A stretch of DNA of 46,433 nucleotides from NCBI GenBank assembly GCA_030602965.1, contig JAUVYS010000002.1, positions 1-46,433 of the forward strand, written 5' to 3'. This document shows, piece by piece, positions 15,730-24,426 of this stretch. The notes beneath the pieces were generated by a model, which was not told the origin of the DNA, ran no database searches, and worked only from the letters and a program-made list of their open reading frames with translations. The position numbers were made by a program, and so were the translations under genes. Position 1 is the first letter of the stretch; each line of letters begins with the position of its first letter. Origin of the DNA: Candidatus Bathyarchaeota archaeon. GTDB taxonomy: Archaea > Thermoproteota > Bathyarchaeia > RBG-16-48-13 > JAGMEO01.

Positions 15730-16320
15730 ATGCAAACTTGTTCGGATGAAGCTGTAGCTTGGTTCTTCATGGGTGAAGGAAATGCCACGTTTGAGTGTAT
15801 GCAAAGACATGAGCAAAGAGGACTTTCAGCTATTTTAGGCTACCAAGTAAGACCATATATATCAATTTCAAACACTGACTTAACCCTCATGAGGTTACTA
15901 AGAGGTTGGTTTAAAGCTAAAAAGATAAAACATAATGTGTATATACCAAAAACCAAACCACCTCGTAAACCTTGTGCGGTTTTAAAAATAGGACGCGTTG
16001 TAGATGTGAAAAAATTCTTAGAGATTATTTTGCCATACCTTATAGGACGAAAACAGACGGTTTGCCAACTTATGTTGGAATGTTTAAATAAATTTGGAAG
16101 AGAAGGATGGAGTGAGATTATAAAAACGAAGGGAATAATAACTCGTACAAAAAAAGGAAGGATCTCAAGTTTGATCATAAACTGGGATGTGGAACAAGAG
16201 AAGAAAAGGTTTTTAGAGATAATGAGATACAGAGATTACATCTTATCCATTAATAGTGGACGGAAAGCAAAAAATAACTACGCCTATTTTGCTAATCTTT
16301 GGGGGATGGAAATTGGGTAG
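15730..16320 (+). CDS. LAGLIDADG homing endonuclease (single-motif type), free-standing
   Basis: AVAWFFMGEGNA lies near the N-terminus, followed by LKIGRVVDVKKFLEIILPYLIGRKQ. The track start at 15667 is GTG. Confidence 0.75.
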   Translation: MQTCSDEAVAWFFMGEGNATFECMQRHEQRGLSAILGYQVRPYISISNTDLTLMRLLRGWFKAKKIKHNVYIPKTKPPRKPCAVLKIGRVVDVKKFLEIILPYLIGRKQTVCQLMLECLNKFGREGWSEIIKTKGIITRTKKGRISSLIINWDVEQEKKRFLEIMRYRDYILSINSGRKAKNNYAYFANLWGMEIG

Positions 16321-16600
16321 TATTGTTCATCGTATTAAGGGTAAAAAAGACCGATTCTATCCTCCGTTCAAGATTTTTCCTTACGAAGAATTAGCTGAGG
16401 TTTTGAAGAATGATATGACCGCTTTTATTGAGGATCGTCCTACAACTAATAGTTTTAAACGAGGGACGGTTTGGAAGGCGAGTAAAAAATTGTCCGACAT
16501 GCTTGGTAAGAAAGTCGCTTATAAAAAAGGATTTATGCGTCTTGACGATGGAGACGCATTAGAGGGCTACCTCTTCTATATTGAGGGTGAATCTATATAG
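16313..16600 (+). CDS. hypothetical protein (about 95 aa; start uncertain, track start 16256)
   Basis: The TTG at 16313 follows GGGGGA. The ORF overlaps the end of the endonuclease gene. Confidence 0.45.
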   Translation: MGSIVHRIKGKKDRFYPPFKIFPYEELAEVLKNDMTAFIEDRPTTNSFKRGTVWKASKKLSDMLGKKVAYKKGFMRLDDGDALEGYLFYIEGESI

Positions 16601-16622
16601 AGATTCTTTTACATCTCAAAAA

Positions 16623-17132
16623 TTAGCCTGTTGGACCGATGGTTCTCATTCTAACAAATTGTTTATAGACTCCTTCCAGTTGTTTTTTTAGTTCTCTCGC
16701 TTCTTCGCTTCTCAGTCCTTCAAGGCATTCGTAAAGAATTTGTACCAACTCATATTCTTTTATGTTAGCTTCTCGTCTTGCTTTGGTGAACCAGTCAGTC
16801 ATTTTTGTTTTTCCGTTGAGTACATCCGTAAGTTCCTGTCTTTCTTGTACTCTGATTTTTAAGGCTCTGTATCTTGCATCACGGTCTAACCCGTCTAGGG
16901 GAGTGAGTCTTTCCACTACTTGATTCACGAAGATGGTCATATCCGGGTTTAATGATTGAGGAGAAGAAGAAATAACTGGTTGACTAGATTCAGATACAAC
17001 TTCCATATTTAATGATGAAGCGAGTAATCCTTGTGTGTATGGCGATTTAAAATAGAGTTCACTGGTTGGACATTGATAAAGTCCTTGGGCGATTCGTTGA
17101 AGTTTCTGGTCACAATAAGGACAGTTACGCAC
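16623..17132 (-). CDS. protein with an N-terminal zinc ribbon (169 aa, GTG start)
   Basis: CPYCDQ...YQCP motifs, with a helical C-terminal half. Confidence 0.6.
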   Translation of the reverse strand: MRNCPYCDQKLQRIAQGLYQCPTSELYFKSPYTQGLLASSLNMEVVSESSQPVISSSPQSLNPDMTIFVNQVVERLTPLDGLDRDARYRALKIRVQERQELTDVLNGKTKMTDWFTKARREANIKEYELVQILYECLEGLRSEEARELKKQLEGVYKQFVRMRTIGPTG

Positions 17133-17135
17133 TTT

Positions 17136-17459
17136 TTAGTCACTTGGTTTCAATCTGTATTCTATCCCAAGTTGAGCAGCGAATCCTACAAAGAATCCGA
17201 AAACTAAATAACAGATTCCTTCAAGAGTGTTTCCTGAAATAATGTTAGATATTACGGCTGGACTTGCTCCCGCAGCACCCATTAATCCAGCTACAAAAGC
17301 TCGATGATACTTATTTACATCCCAAGGCTTACCTTCATTTTCATTAGAAGAAGCATTGGTTTTCACTCTCTTTTGGAAAATAAGGTTTTGATTAAGCTTG
17401 GAAAGTTTAAAGAAAGATTTTTTTAATTCCGTTTTTTTCTCCTCCAGTTTATGATTCAA
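17136..17459 (-). CDS. glycine-zipper membrane protein (107 aa)
   Basis: AFVAGLMGAAGASPAVISNIISG...YLVFGFFVGFAAQLG. Confidence 0.6.
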   Translation of the reverse strand: MNHKLEEKKTELKKSFFKLSKLNQNLIFQKRVKTNASSNENEGKPWDVNKYHRAFVAGLMGAAGASPAVISNIISGNTLEGICYLVFGFFVGFAAQLGIEYRLKPSD

Positions 17460-17628
17460 TTATTCTGTATTCTGTCCAGAATTTGCCTTCAACACCTTCG
17501 ATTTCTAAGAATTCAGGATCTATCAAGTAACCTTCTTCTGGTGTCGGTTCAGTGTCGCTAGGTCCAACAATCCTATACTCCAATACTGCGTCTTTTACAA
17601 TTTGAATAGGCACCGTTAAATAACTCAC
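17449..17628 (-). CDS. hypothetical protein (59 aa from the GTG at 17628; track start 17664)
   Basis: GGAGGGGG SD. The GTG lies 1 nt after the stop of the glycosidase gene. Confidence 0.45.
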   Translation of the reverse strand: MSYLTVPIQIVKDAVLEYRIVGPSDTEPTPEEGYLIDPEFLEIEGVEGKFWTEYRIIES

Positions 17629-17629
17629 T

Positions 17630-18676
17630 TTACCCCCTCCTTTCATATAGAAAAGGTATATCATCTAAAAAAGATTTATCATAGGAATAGGTTGAAAACG
17701 AAGTAACAAGATAAGTTAATCCTGCTACTCCTAAACCTACTAGCAATGAAACAACAGGTTTTTTTGTAGCAACAAGTGTGACTGTTCCCGTTCCTATTCC
17801 TAAACCTAATACTATTGGATATACCGTTGGAAGTGTGGGTGTGGCAAGTTTCTGGTACATCGAGTAAGCGGGTTTCACGTTAAGATCCACGGTTACCAAT
17901 CCCATGTAATCACTGTAGTTTGTTGATTCTTCAGGTAAAGCATAGTCTTGGAATGTGTACCAAAAAATTTTTTGTACACTGTAATCTTTAAGAAATTGGT
18001 CAAGATCCTTCAAGTATTCTGCTTGTCCTTCTAAACCAAAAGTTAAACTGCTTACTCCTGCTTCTGTGATCCATAACGGTTTTGGCGAAGTAGTATTTAT
18101 TATGTTTTGTAAATAGTTGCCGTATTCTTCTTCAGCAAGATAAATATGGTATGATGCTATGTCACAATAGGATGCTGCACCGAGGTTCCAACAGTCTTGA
18201 ACAAGTTGATCTGAGCCTGGTTGAGGTGACATTGCGCTGAACACTATTGGTTTTCCGGTTGGATTCATTACTTCATAAATTTTTTGTAGCATATCCACGA
18301 TGTGCTGTGCAGAACCATCTTGGTACCCTAATTGAAATTGTGGTATATTCGGTTCATTCCATGCTTCCCATGCATCAATGTCTGGAAAAACATTTTTTGT
18401 GTTTATTAACGCTGTTTCCCAATCGTTGAGGGTGAAAGTAGGTGATTCATTCACAATGTATCTATCTAAGATTCCAAGTATTTTCATTCCGTTTGCATGA
18501 GCGTTTGTTATGACCGAGTTCATTCGGTCAATTAACCATTGTACCGTCGGTGAAAGAATTTCCACTCGCACCCATTCACATCCTAACGCCTTGATAAGGC
18601 TCCAATAAGCCGCTTCGTCATAGTATGGTTTTTCTATATCCCACGTATGTATTTGTACTCCTTTCATTTTTTTCAC
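17630..18676 (-). CDS. clan GH-A (TIM-barrel, GH5/GH39-like) glycoside hydrolase with C-terminal TM anchors
   Basis: WEAWNEPN (acid/base Glu) and PLWITEAGV (nucleophile Glu) at typical spacing. Two hydrophobic helices near the C-terminus. Confidence 0.75.
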   Translation of the reverse strand: MKKMKGVQIHTWDIEKPYYDEAAYWSLIKALGCEWVRVEILSPTVQWLIDRMNSVITNAHANGMKILGILDRYIVNESPTFTLNDWETALINTKNVFPDIDAWEAWNEPNIPQFQLGYQDGSAQHIVDMLQKIYEVMNPTGKPIVFSAMSPQPGSDQLVQDCWNLGAASYCDIASYHIYLAEEEYGNYLQNIINTTSPKPLWITEAGVSSLTFGLEGQAEYLKDLDQFLKDYSVQKIFWYTFQDYALPEESTNYSDYMGLVTVDLNVKPAYSMYQKLATPTLPTVYPIVLGLGIGTGTVTLVATKKPVVSLLVGLGVAGLTYLVTSFSTYSYDKSFLDDIPFLYERRG

Positions 18677-18726
18677 TTTTTACATATTTCTTATTTCTTA
18701 TTTATTTCTTACTTATTTTTTCTTAT

Positions 18727-19551
18727 CTATCTGTCTTGTTTCACTCCCACATAATCAAGATCTAAGATTTTGTTTGCGTTCTCTAATGTTCCAAAATCAA
18801 AAAATACTTCCAGATAATCTCCCGCGTCATCAGGAATATTAGTTGTTATATCGTTTGTTAAAACCCCGTCAATATAAAAGTCGATTTGAGTCAGTCTAGT
18901 AGCATCCACCCTAAAAATGTGATAGTCCGTGTCTAAAGCGACTCCAGTATCTTCACTTGTTTGTACTCCACCATCCCTGCATCGAGCCAGCCAATTAGCG
19001 TCTTGAAACGATACAAACCCTATATAATCATCACCATCAAACCGTAGAAGCATGAAAATGAACTGGTCAGTGTCAGATTGACCTAGCTTCGCCTTAACTT
19101 CAAACACCACCCGTTTTGAAACATGTAGGCTTCTAATAGTCCCCCAATCAAAATTTAATCCATCACCGTCTACTCCACCAGTTTGCAGACGAGCTATGCC
19201 TCCTATTTGACTGTCCACAACTGCTACTGATCCACCGTAAAGATTTGTTCCCCATTCATCTTTTATTTGGTCGCCTATAAAATCATCTATAAATAGAAGT
19301 TGGTCTTGAAGAGAATCCAAACATCTTGCTTCGTGACTTCTGTAAGCATCGTTTTCCCCTCCTATGAGATCAACACTTCTCCACTTGGAGTTCAGGTACT
19401 GATATAATCTGTATCCTACCTGCGTCGAGTTGTAGACTAAGACGGTTCGACCTTCATATACTGCTCCAGTCGGATCAGCCCAAATACCTGCCTGTGTTTG
19501 AACTGAAATATATGTTCCTGCACCCACGGAAGCTCTTGTTCTCGCAGCCAT
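18727..19551 (-). CDS. ConA-like/LamG-like jelly-roll protein (274 aa from MAARTRAS)
   Basis: Beta-rich, with a DDFIGD...W...G...FYIDGV...LDLDYVGV pattern. The ATG lies 1 nt after the upstream stop. Confidence 0.5.
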   Translation of the reverse strand: MAARTRASVGAGTYISVQTQAGIWADPTGAVYEGRTVLVYNSTQVGYRLYQYLNSKWRSVDLIGGENDAYRSHEARCLDSLQDQLLFIDDFIGDQIKDEWGTNLYGGSVAVVDSQIGGIARLQTGGVDGDGLNFDWGTIRSLHVSKRVVFEVKAKLGQSDTDQFIFMLLRFDGDDYIGFVSFQDANWLARCRDGGVQTSEDTGVALDTDYHIFRVDATRLTQIDFYIDGVLTNDITTNIPDDAGDYLEVFFDFGTLENANKILDLDYVGVKQDR

Positions 19552-19552
19552 C

Positions 19553-21112
19553 TTAGTTGACACCCACATAAGTTATTATGTCATTCAACGTGCCGATGCA
19601 CCATATTCTATCTGTATTATCTATATCATAACTGACGGTGCAACCAGGTCTCAGAGCGTAGCCAGTGCCCGCAACCACAGTATTATCATTCCCTACGTAA
19701 ACCACAGCGTTACCCAAAGTTCTGTCAGAATCATTCTCTATCGTCACGCTTTTACAAGCATTCGCTGGAAATTGTTGTGCAGCCCCACCCATTGTAACTT
19801 GTCCATGAATTATAGATGTTGGTGATGCTTCTTCGGTTTCAAGAGGTTTACCTTCCTCCTGGTTAATCATCATTACAAAGCTGCGTTTGACTACTGCTTC
19901 ATCCACGAGAAAATTGGTGAGTGTCGTTCCTGCAGCGCTTGTTATCACGTATATGGCAACGTAAGTTACCGCTGATAAGTTGGCTCCAACACCTATCACC
20001 CCGTCTACTTCACTCATTAAACGATGGTAATGATGCCACTGGTCGTATTGAATATCGGCAAGAGGAATTTCCCAGTAAAACAGGTTGCCCGCATCTGTTC
20101 CCAACGCAATATACAGGTTAGTTATTGTGCCGCCTACAGGCGTTGGAACATACATGAAGCACATAACTTTTGCGTGAGTGCTATACACACTTAAATCTAA
20201 AGCCGCTGGAGGAACAAAAGATACTCCACCTAAAACTCCACCTGCAACTTTATCCCATTCAACACTGTTAGTACCCTGTCCTCTATGATCAGTGTTTAAA
20301 GCAAGATTCAATGTGCTGCCTTCAAGTGAAACACCGGCAAGAGAGTCGAAACCTGCCAGTAACACTTTAGCTGGAGCTACAGGTATGCTGCCATCAGGAT
20401 AAACTTCACCATCATCTGTAAAATCTGTTAATTGAACTTTTCCAACTTGACGGGTTGGTCGATCAATTACGTCTACTGCTCCTCCAGCTAAAACATCCGA
20501 GAAACTGAAAAGGTAGAATATACAGTCTTGAGTTGCAGACGCCGCCCAAGCAGGAGGTGTCAATGAAACACAGAAGTTTCCTGCATGAGTTGGAGTTGAA
20601 GAGTCTATTCCTACTTCAACCTGTCCCGCAACAGAAGCAGATAGCCAGATAACGATAACATAGTCTTGTTGAGGTTCAAGAGTGTATGGTGTGGTGAAAT
20701 GAAAATTCACTAGCTCAATAGTTAATCCTAAAGATGGCTCTGTGCCTAACACGTTATCGCTTGTAGCTAACACTCCGCCCGCTATGTCTGGAACAGCGTC
20801 TACACCAACCACTGTGCCTGCTAAAACCCTGTAAAGCCTTGCTTGAAGAATATTTCCCGCAACAGCGAAGGCTGCGTTTCTTTGAAGATGAAACGATACG
20901 TCTGTCAACCGTAACAGTGCAATGGGTGAGGTGAAGGCTTGACCGCATGCCTCGTTAACCGCGTTTAAAATTGTGCTTGTATCCTGGTTTGCTTTGCCGT
21001 AGCTTTCAATAAGGTGGCTTAACAAGTTTCCCCAATTGATAGGTAACGGGTTAGCTACTCCTACATTGGCTCCGTCAATCCATAAATCTACTTTTTGTCT
21101 TGGTTCAGCCAA
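19553..21112 (-). CDS. large beta-rich structural-type protein (519 aa, TTG start)
   Basis: Longest ORF of the module. Rich in G, A, T and V with no TM segments. Confidence 0.7.
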   Translation of the reverse strand: MAEPRQKVDLWIDGANVGVANPLPINWGNLLSHLIESYGKANQDTSTILNAVNEACGQAFTSPIALLRLTDVSFHLQRNAAFAVAGNILQARLYRVLAGTVVGVDAVPDIAGGVLATSDNVLGTEPSLGLTIELVNFHFTTPYTLEPQQDYVIVIWLSASVAGQVEVGIDSSTPTHAGNFCVSLTPPAWAASATQDCIFYLFSFSDVLAGGAVDVIDRPTRQVGKVQLTDFTDDGEVYPDGSIPVAPAKVLLAGFDSLAGVSLEGSTLNLALNTDHRGQGTNSVEWDKVAGGVLGGVSFVPPAALDLSVYSTHAKVMCFMYVPTPVGGTITNLYIALGTDAGNLFYWEIPLADIQYDQWHHYHRLMSEVDGVIGVGANLSAVTYVAIYVITSAAGTTLTNFLVDEAVVKRSFVMMINQEEGKPLETEEASPTSIIHGQVTMGGAAQQFPANACKSVTIENDSDRTLGNAVVYVGNDNTVVAGTGYALRPGCTVSYDIDNTDRIWCIGTLNDIITYVGVN

Positions 21113-21359
21113 TTACTACACCTAATTCAAATTCGAGTACGGTAAGCTCTACTTCTTCTTCATGTTTCTCTATTTTATTTCCATGCATAATTGACTGTTT
21201 CACTTTAACTTTAACTTTCTTCTTTTTATGTTTCGGTTTTTTCAGTTTCTTAACCTTCACTCTTTTCGGCTTCTTTTCAGGCTTTTCAGGCTTCTCCTCT
21301 TCTTCTTCTTCAGGCTCCTCTTCTTCTTCTTTCGGTTTCTTCTCTTTTTCTTTGTTCAT
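21105..21359 (-). CDS. charge-block K/E-rich protein (84 aa from MNKEKEK)
   Basis: An acidic block (EEEEEPEEEEEE) is followed by a basic block (KKPKRVKVKKLKKPKHKKKKVKVKVK). Confidence 0.55.
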   Translation of the reverse strand: MNKEKEKKPKEEEEEPEEEEEEKPEKPEKKPKRVKVKKLKKPKHKKKKVKVKVKQSIMHGNKIEKHEEEVELTVLEFELGVVIG

Positions 21360-21360
21360 G

Positions 21361-21837
21361 TTAGTAACCTGATGTTTCAACTAATCCAGCTAAGTTCACG
21401 TTTAAATCAAACGTGGGGTTTCCAGAGAAGACAGCGAAAAGAATATAGTAATATTTGCCTTCTATAGTTGGGATGCCCTTGGTGAATTTTAGTTTTACAA
21501 CTCCATACCCAAATTTTTGTGCCATTATTTGTTCCAGAACTACGCCGGATTCATCATATCTAGCGAATCCTCCATAAACAAGAGCATTAATGAGTGTAGC
21601 GAATTGTATCTCATAAAAATGAAAAGGTAATGCTGAAGCGGGAACTAAACCTGCTAATGCTACGCCATAGATATTAAAGAAAGGCAGAGTTGGAACACCA
21701 GTATATGCAGCGCTATACATTACTCTGCCTTGATCGCTTCGGATGAGGTCGCTTGTGCCATACTCCACATTTATAGAGTAGTCTGGTAAGCCGACGCCTA
21801 ACGGTGTAACACTAAAAGTTTTTTCGATAACGACCAA
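21361..21837 (-). CDS. beta-rich protein, paralog A (158 aa, TTG start, MVVIEKTF); candidate capsid-type protein
   Basis: The first about 25 aa and about 40 nt are nearly identical to 21847..22311. AGGTG SD is present. Confidence 0.65.
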   Translation of the reverse strand: MVVIEKTFSVTPLGVGLPDYSINVEYGTSDLIRSDQGRVMYSAAYTGVPTLPFFNIYGVALAGLVPASALPFHFYEIQFATLINALVYGGFARYDESGVVLEQIMAQKFGYGVVKLKFTKGIPTIEGKYYYILFAVFSGNPTFDLNVNLAGLVETSGY

Positions 21838-21846
21838 TTATGACAC

Positions 21847-22311
21847 CTACAAACTTAGTTGATAACGGGTTAGATCCATATCTACACCGTGAACAGTATA
21901 TACACCAAGTAATGCTCCGAGAGAATGATTAGTTATTTCAAGTCTATAACCTGACAAGAATTTGCCGATGGGCATCCCCCGCGACAAATGTTTCTCTATG
22001 TTTTGATAATCATATTCTTGAAGAAAAGCCGCTTCTGGACCAGTTATAGGTACTGCTATCGCATCTAATTGTAACAATACATTTGCAGGTACACTAACAA
22101 AAAAGTCGTACAGCATCCAAACTCTGTCAACAGGCCGTGTTTGAAGGTCTAAAACAGTTACGCCAGGATTAAGCATTGCTTGCACAGAATAGGTATATGC
22201 GGTTTCCCAACTGCGAATAACAGGCTCGACACTAACTTCAACGTTTTGGCTGTAATCTCTTCTTCCAATTCCAAGAGGTGTAACAGCAAAAGTTTGTTCT
22301 ATAACGACCAA
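21847..22311 (-). CDS. beta-rich protein, paralog B (154 aa, TTG start, MVVIEQTF); candidate capsid-type protein
   Basis: Tandem duplicate of 21361..21837. Confidence 0.65.
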   Translation of the reverse strand: MVVIEQTFAVTPLGIGRRDYSQNVEVSVEPVIRSWETAYTYSVQAMLNPGVTVLDLQTRPVDRVWMLYDFFVSVPANVLLQLDAIAVPITGPEAAFLQEYDYQNIEKHLSRGMPIGKFLSGYRLEITNHSLGALLGVYTVHGVDMDLTRYQLSL

Positions 22312-22709
22312 CTTTTTCTCACACCCTCAAGATCAAAAATAATACCCGGCGTATGAGGATTACCAGCATCAGTGTTTTGCACTTCAACAAATAAGCGTTG
22401 ACCGAGCATAACATCTTTATAAACGGGGAACGGGGGGGTTGCATTATCTAAAGCGATGAAACCGTTTGAAGGTATTATCTGTATCTGTCCGATTCCAGCT
22501 CTTAATAACACTAAAGCATTACAACCATTTGGATAATGAAAAGTTATGCTGATGCATTTACCTGTAAGTGGACATACTTCACTCATAATTATTCCTGTTG
22601 AAGCTAATACAATTTGTCTGAATTGAACTTGTGCTGTTTGTTTCTCGTATTCTTGAAGTATGGATTCGTCTATTTGTCTTGGTTGAAACATACTAGTCTT
22701 GTTGAACAC
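22299..22709 (-). CDS. beta-rich hypothetical protein (136 aa)
   Basis: ORF in the structural chain. GTG start lies 5 nt after GTGAG. Confidence 0.6.
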   Translation of the reverse strand: MFNKTSMFQPRQIDESILQEYEKQTAQVQFRQIVLASTGIIMSEVCPLTGKCISITFHYPNGCNALVLLRAGIGQIQIIPSNGFIALDNATPPFPVYKDVMLGQRLFVEVQNTDAGNPHTPGIIFDLEGVRKSWSL

Positions 22710-22722
22710 GAGATCTCACGTC

Positions 22723-23262
22723 TTAGAACCCGCGTAATACTGCTTCGCCTTCAGGAGTTAATTCTATGTATCTTTTAGGAGCTTCACCTGAAGCTAGAGC
22801 TACAGTATACTCGATGATTTCAAAGTATAATGTTTGTGCGCCAGCAGCTTTATTGATTTTCATATGTATTTCTATAGAGTAACTCCACTTATCCACTTCG
22901 TAAGGCCCAGTTAAAGCCGCTAAAACATTGTCTAACGGATTTATTGCTACACTGCTCAGCATAGGCTCGTCCTGCCAATACATGTTACATTGAACTAGTG
23001 TACTGAAAGAAAGATAGTGGATGTGAACAATTCTTTTTTGATCTATAGCACCGTGTAAAGGAGTGTATGCAGGTGCTCCTGTCGGTGCTTGTGCAGTTAA
23101 TGGATCTCCAGGGGTTTGAGTGCTAGCAGCATTATATGGCACTGCTTGCCTATTACGCTTCACCTTTGTAACAACGTAAAATTTCGCTCCGATTTTGAAG
23201 ACGTGTCCAGCTTTACTTACGGGAAGTCTCTCTGTCCTTATTTGGTATGGTATAAAACTCAT
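22723..23262 (-). CDS. hypothetical protein (179 aa)
   Basis: ORF in the structural chain. Confidence 0.65.
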   Translation of the reverse strand: MSFIPYQIRTERLPVSKAGHVFKIGAKFYVVTKVKRNRQAVPYNAASTQTPGDPLTAQAPTGAPAYTPLHGAIDQKRIVHIHYLSFSTLVQCNMYWQDEPMLSSVAINPLDNVLAALTGPYEVDKWSYSIEIHMKINKAAGAQTLYFEIIEYTVALASGEAPKRYIELTPEGEAVLRGF

Positions 23263-23325
23263 TTACTCGCCTCGTACTACTAATACTATGAATAGAATAA
23301 GAGAGGGTTTCTTATTTTAAAGTTA

Positions 23326-23970
23326 TCATAATTTTGCGTGTGTATCTCCAAAAAACCGTGCGTGATTATAATTGTAAAAGAGATATTTAGCAGTGAGAAT
23401 ATTGTTTTGTTCTTCCATCATTGTTACATAATACAAAAAACTGTTTTTCATGTCGTTAAAGGCTTCTCCCGCAGTTTTTCCTTCATCTAACCCTAAAGGA
23501 AACTGTAATGCACTGATAAAAGAGGGGTAACTATCATTGTCTGGAGGTCCAGAATCTGACGCTGTGAAAATGAAGGGGCGGTCAAACGCTACAACTGCTG
23601 ATGCTCCGTGTTGTATTAGTGCAGGTGCAAGTTCTTTTCCACAGTTACAAGTAAACAAATAAACGATACGGTCACTCATCCAGGAAGGGTTTTCATCCTG
23701 TATTTTCAGGTTTAAGTCAGGATCAAAATTTTTTATGCCTAAAATAACGTTTTCGTTGCATCCTTTAATTCCTTTACTTCCACCATGACTATTCAAAATT
23801 ACTAGTCGTGGATCAAATTTGACCAGGGCATCATACAAAGTTGATAAAATTGCAGTTCTTAAAAAAACAACTTTATGTTTTTTTGCTAAGTGATCAGCTA
23901 ATGAACGGAGATAATAATATCCATATTGAATACTTGTGTCCTCTGGACAACAAACAATCAATATAGACAT
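23326..23970 (-). CDS. caspase/gingipain-fold (clan CD) cysteine peptidase candidate
   Basis: RLVILNSHGG (His-Gly) and IVYLFTCNCG (Cys) follow hydrophobic strands, then GASAVVAF. Confidence 0.5.
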   Translation of the reverse strand: MSILIVCCPEDTSIQYGYYYLRSLADHLAKKHKVVFLRTAILSTLYDALVKFDPRLVILNSHGGSKGIKGCNENVILGIKNFDPDLNLKIQDENPSWMSDRIVYLFTCNCGKELAPALIQHGASAVVAFDRPFIFTASDSGPPDNDSYPSFISALQFPLGLDEGKTAGEAFNDMKNSFLYYVTMMEEQNNILTAKYLFYNYNHARFFGDTHAKL

Positions 23971-23991
23971 ACATTCTGTATTCCTTGCAGA

Positions 23992-24291
23992 TTATCTTAG
24001 TCGCTTACGGATCACTCTTTCTCCTCGTCTAGCCGCGGCTTCTGCGAGTTCTCGACCTAAAGCTGTGAAAATAAAGAAGCCTATTACTAATCCAACAGCC
24101 ATTCCTGGAATGAATCGATCGAAAGATGATGTTTGAAAAGATTGTTTTTCAAGCCGTAATTGAAATGGTTGTTTCCCAAGCCGTAACTGAAATGATTGCT
24201 TCCCAAGCCGTAGTGTTTTGCTAACACGTTCGCCAAGTCGTTCGCCAAGTGTTTTTTCTTCAAATTCTACTTCTTCATATAAGAAGACCAT
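23992..24291 (-). CDS. tagged (MVFLYEEVEF) single-pass membrane protein with internal 9-aa repeats
   Basis: LRLGKQSFQ x3, LGER x2, and the TM segment IPGMAVGLVIGFFIFTALG. Confidence 0.7.
   Translation of the reverse strand: MVFLYEEVEFEEKTLGERLGERVSKTLRLGKQSFQLRLGKQPFQLRLEKQSFQTSSFDRFIPGMAVGLVIGFFIFTALGRELAEAAARRGERVIRKRLR
24134..24214 (-). repeat. three in-frame 27-nt tandem repeats; a 12-nt x2 repeat lies at 24227-24250
   Basis: Units at 24134-24160, 24161-24187 and 24188-24214 encode LRLGKQSFQ-type units. Confidence 0.85.
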
Positions 24292-24422
24292 TATTTCGTT
24301 CTCCTTTCATATTCACGGTCTGCTTCTGATAATGCTTTTCCTAACGTGGTTCCACGTTTTTTTTCTTGTTCCGCCTCATCAAGATTAAGAACTTTCTTAT
24401 CCACAACTATTTTTTTTGTCAT
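24291..24422 (-). CDS. small charged protein (43 aa), absent from the ORF track
   Basis: GAGGTGA SD. TAATG coupling to the downstream gene. Confidence 0.45.
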   Translation of the reverse strand: MTKKIVVDKKVLNLDEAEQEKKRGTTLGKALSEADREYERRTK

Positions 24423-24426
24423 GTTT

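Noticed and set aside
21100-21467. + strand ORFs 21100..21372 and 21228..21467 (S/F/L-rich).
   Set aside because: They are antisense mirror images of the K/E-rich low-complexity gene and have no start context. The minus-strand gene is embedded in a coupled operon.
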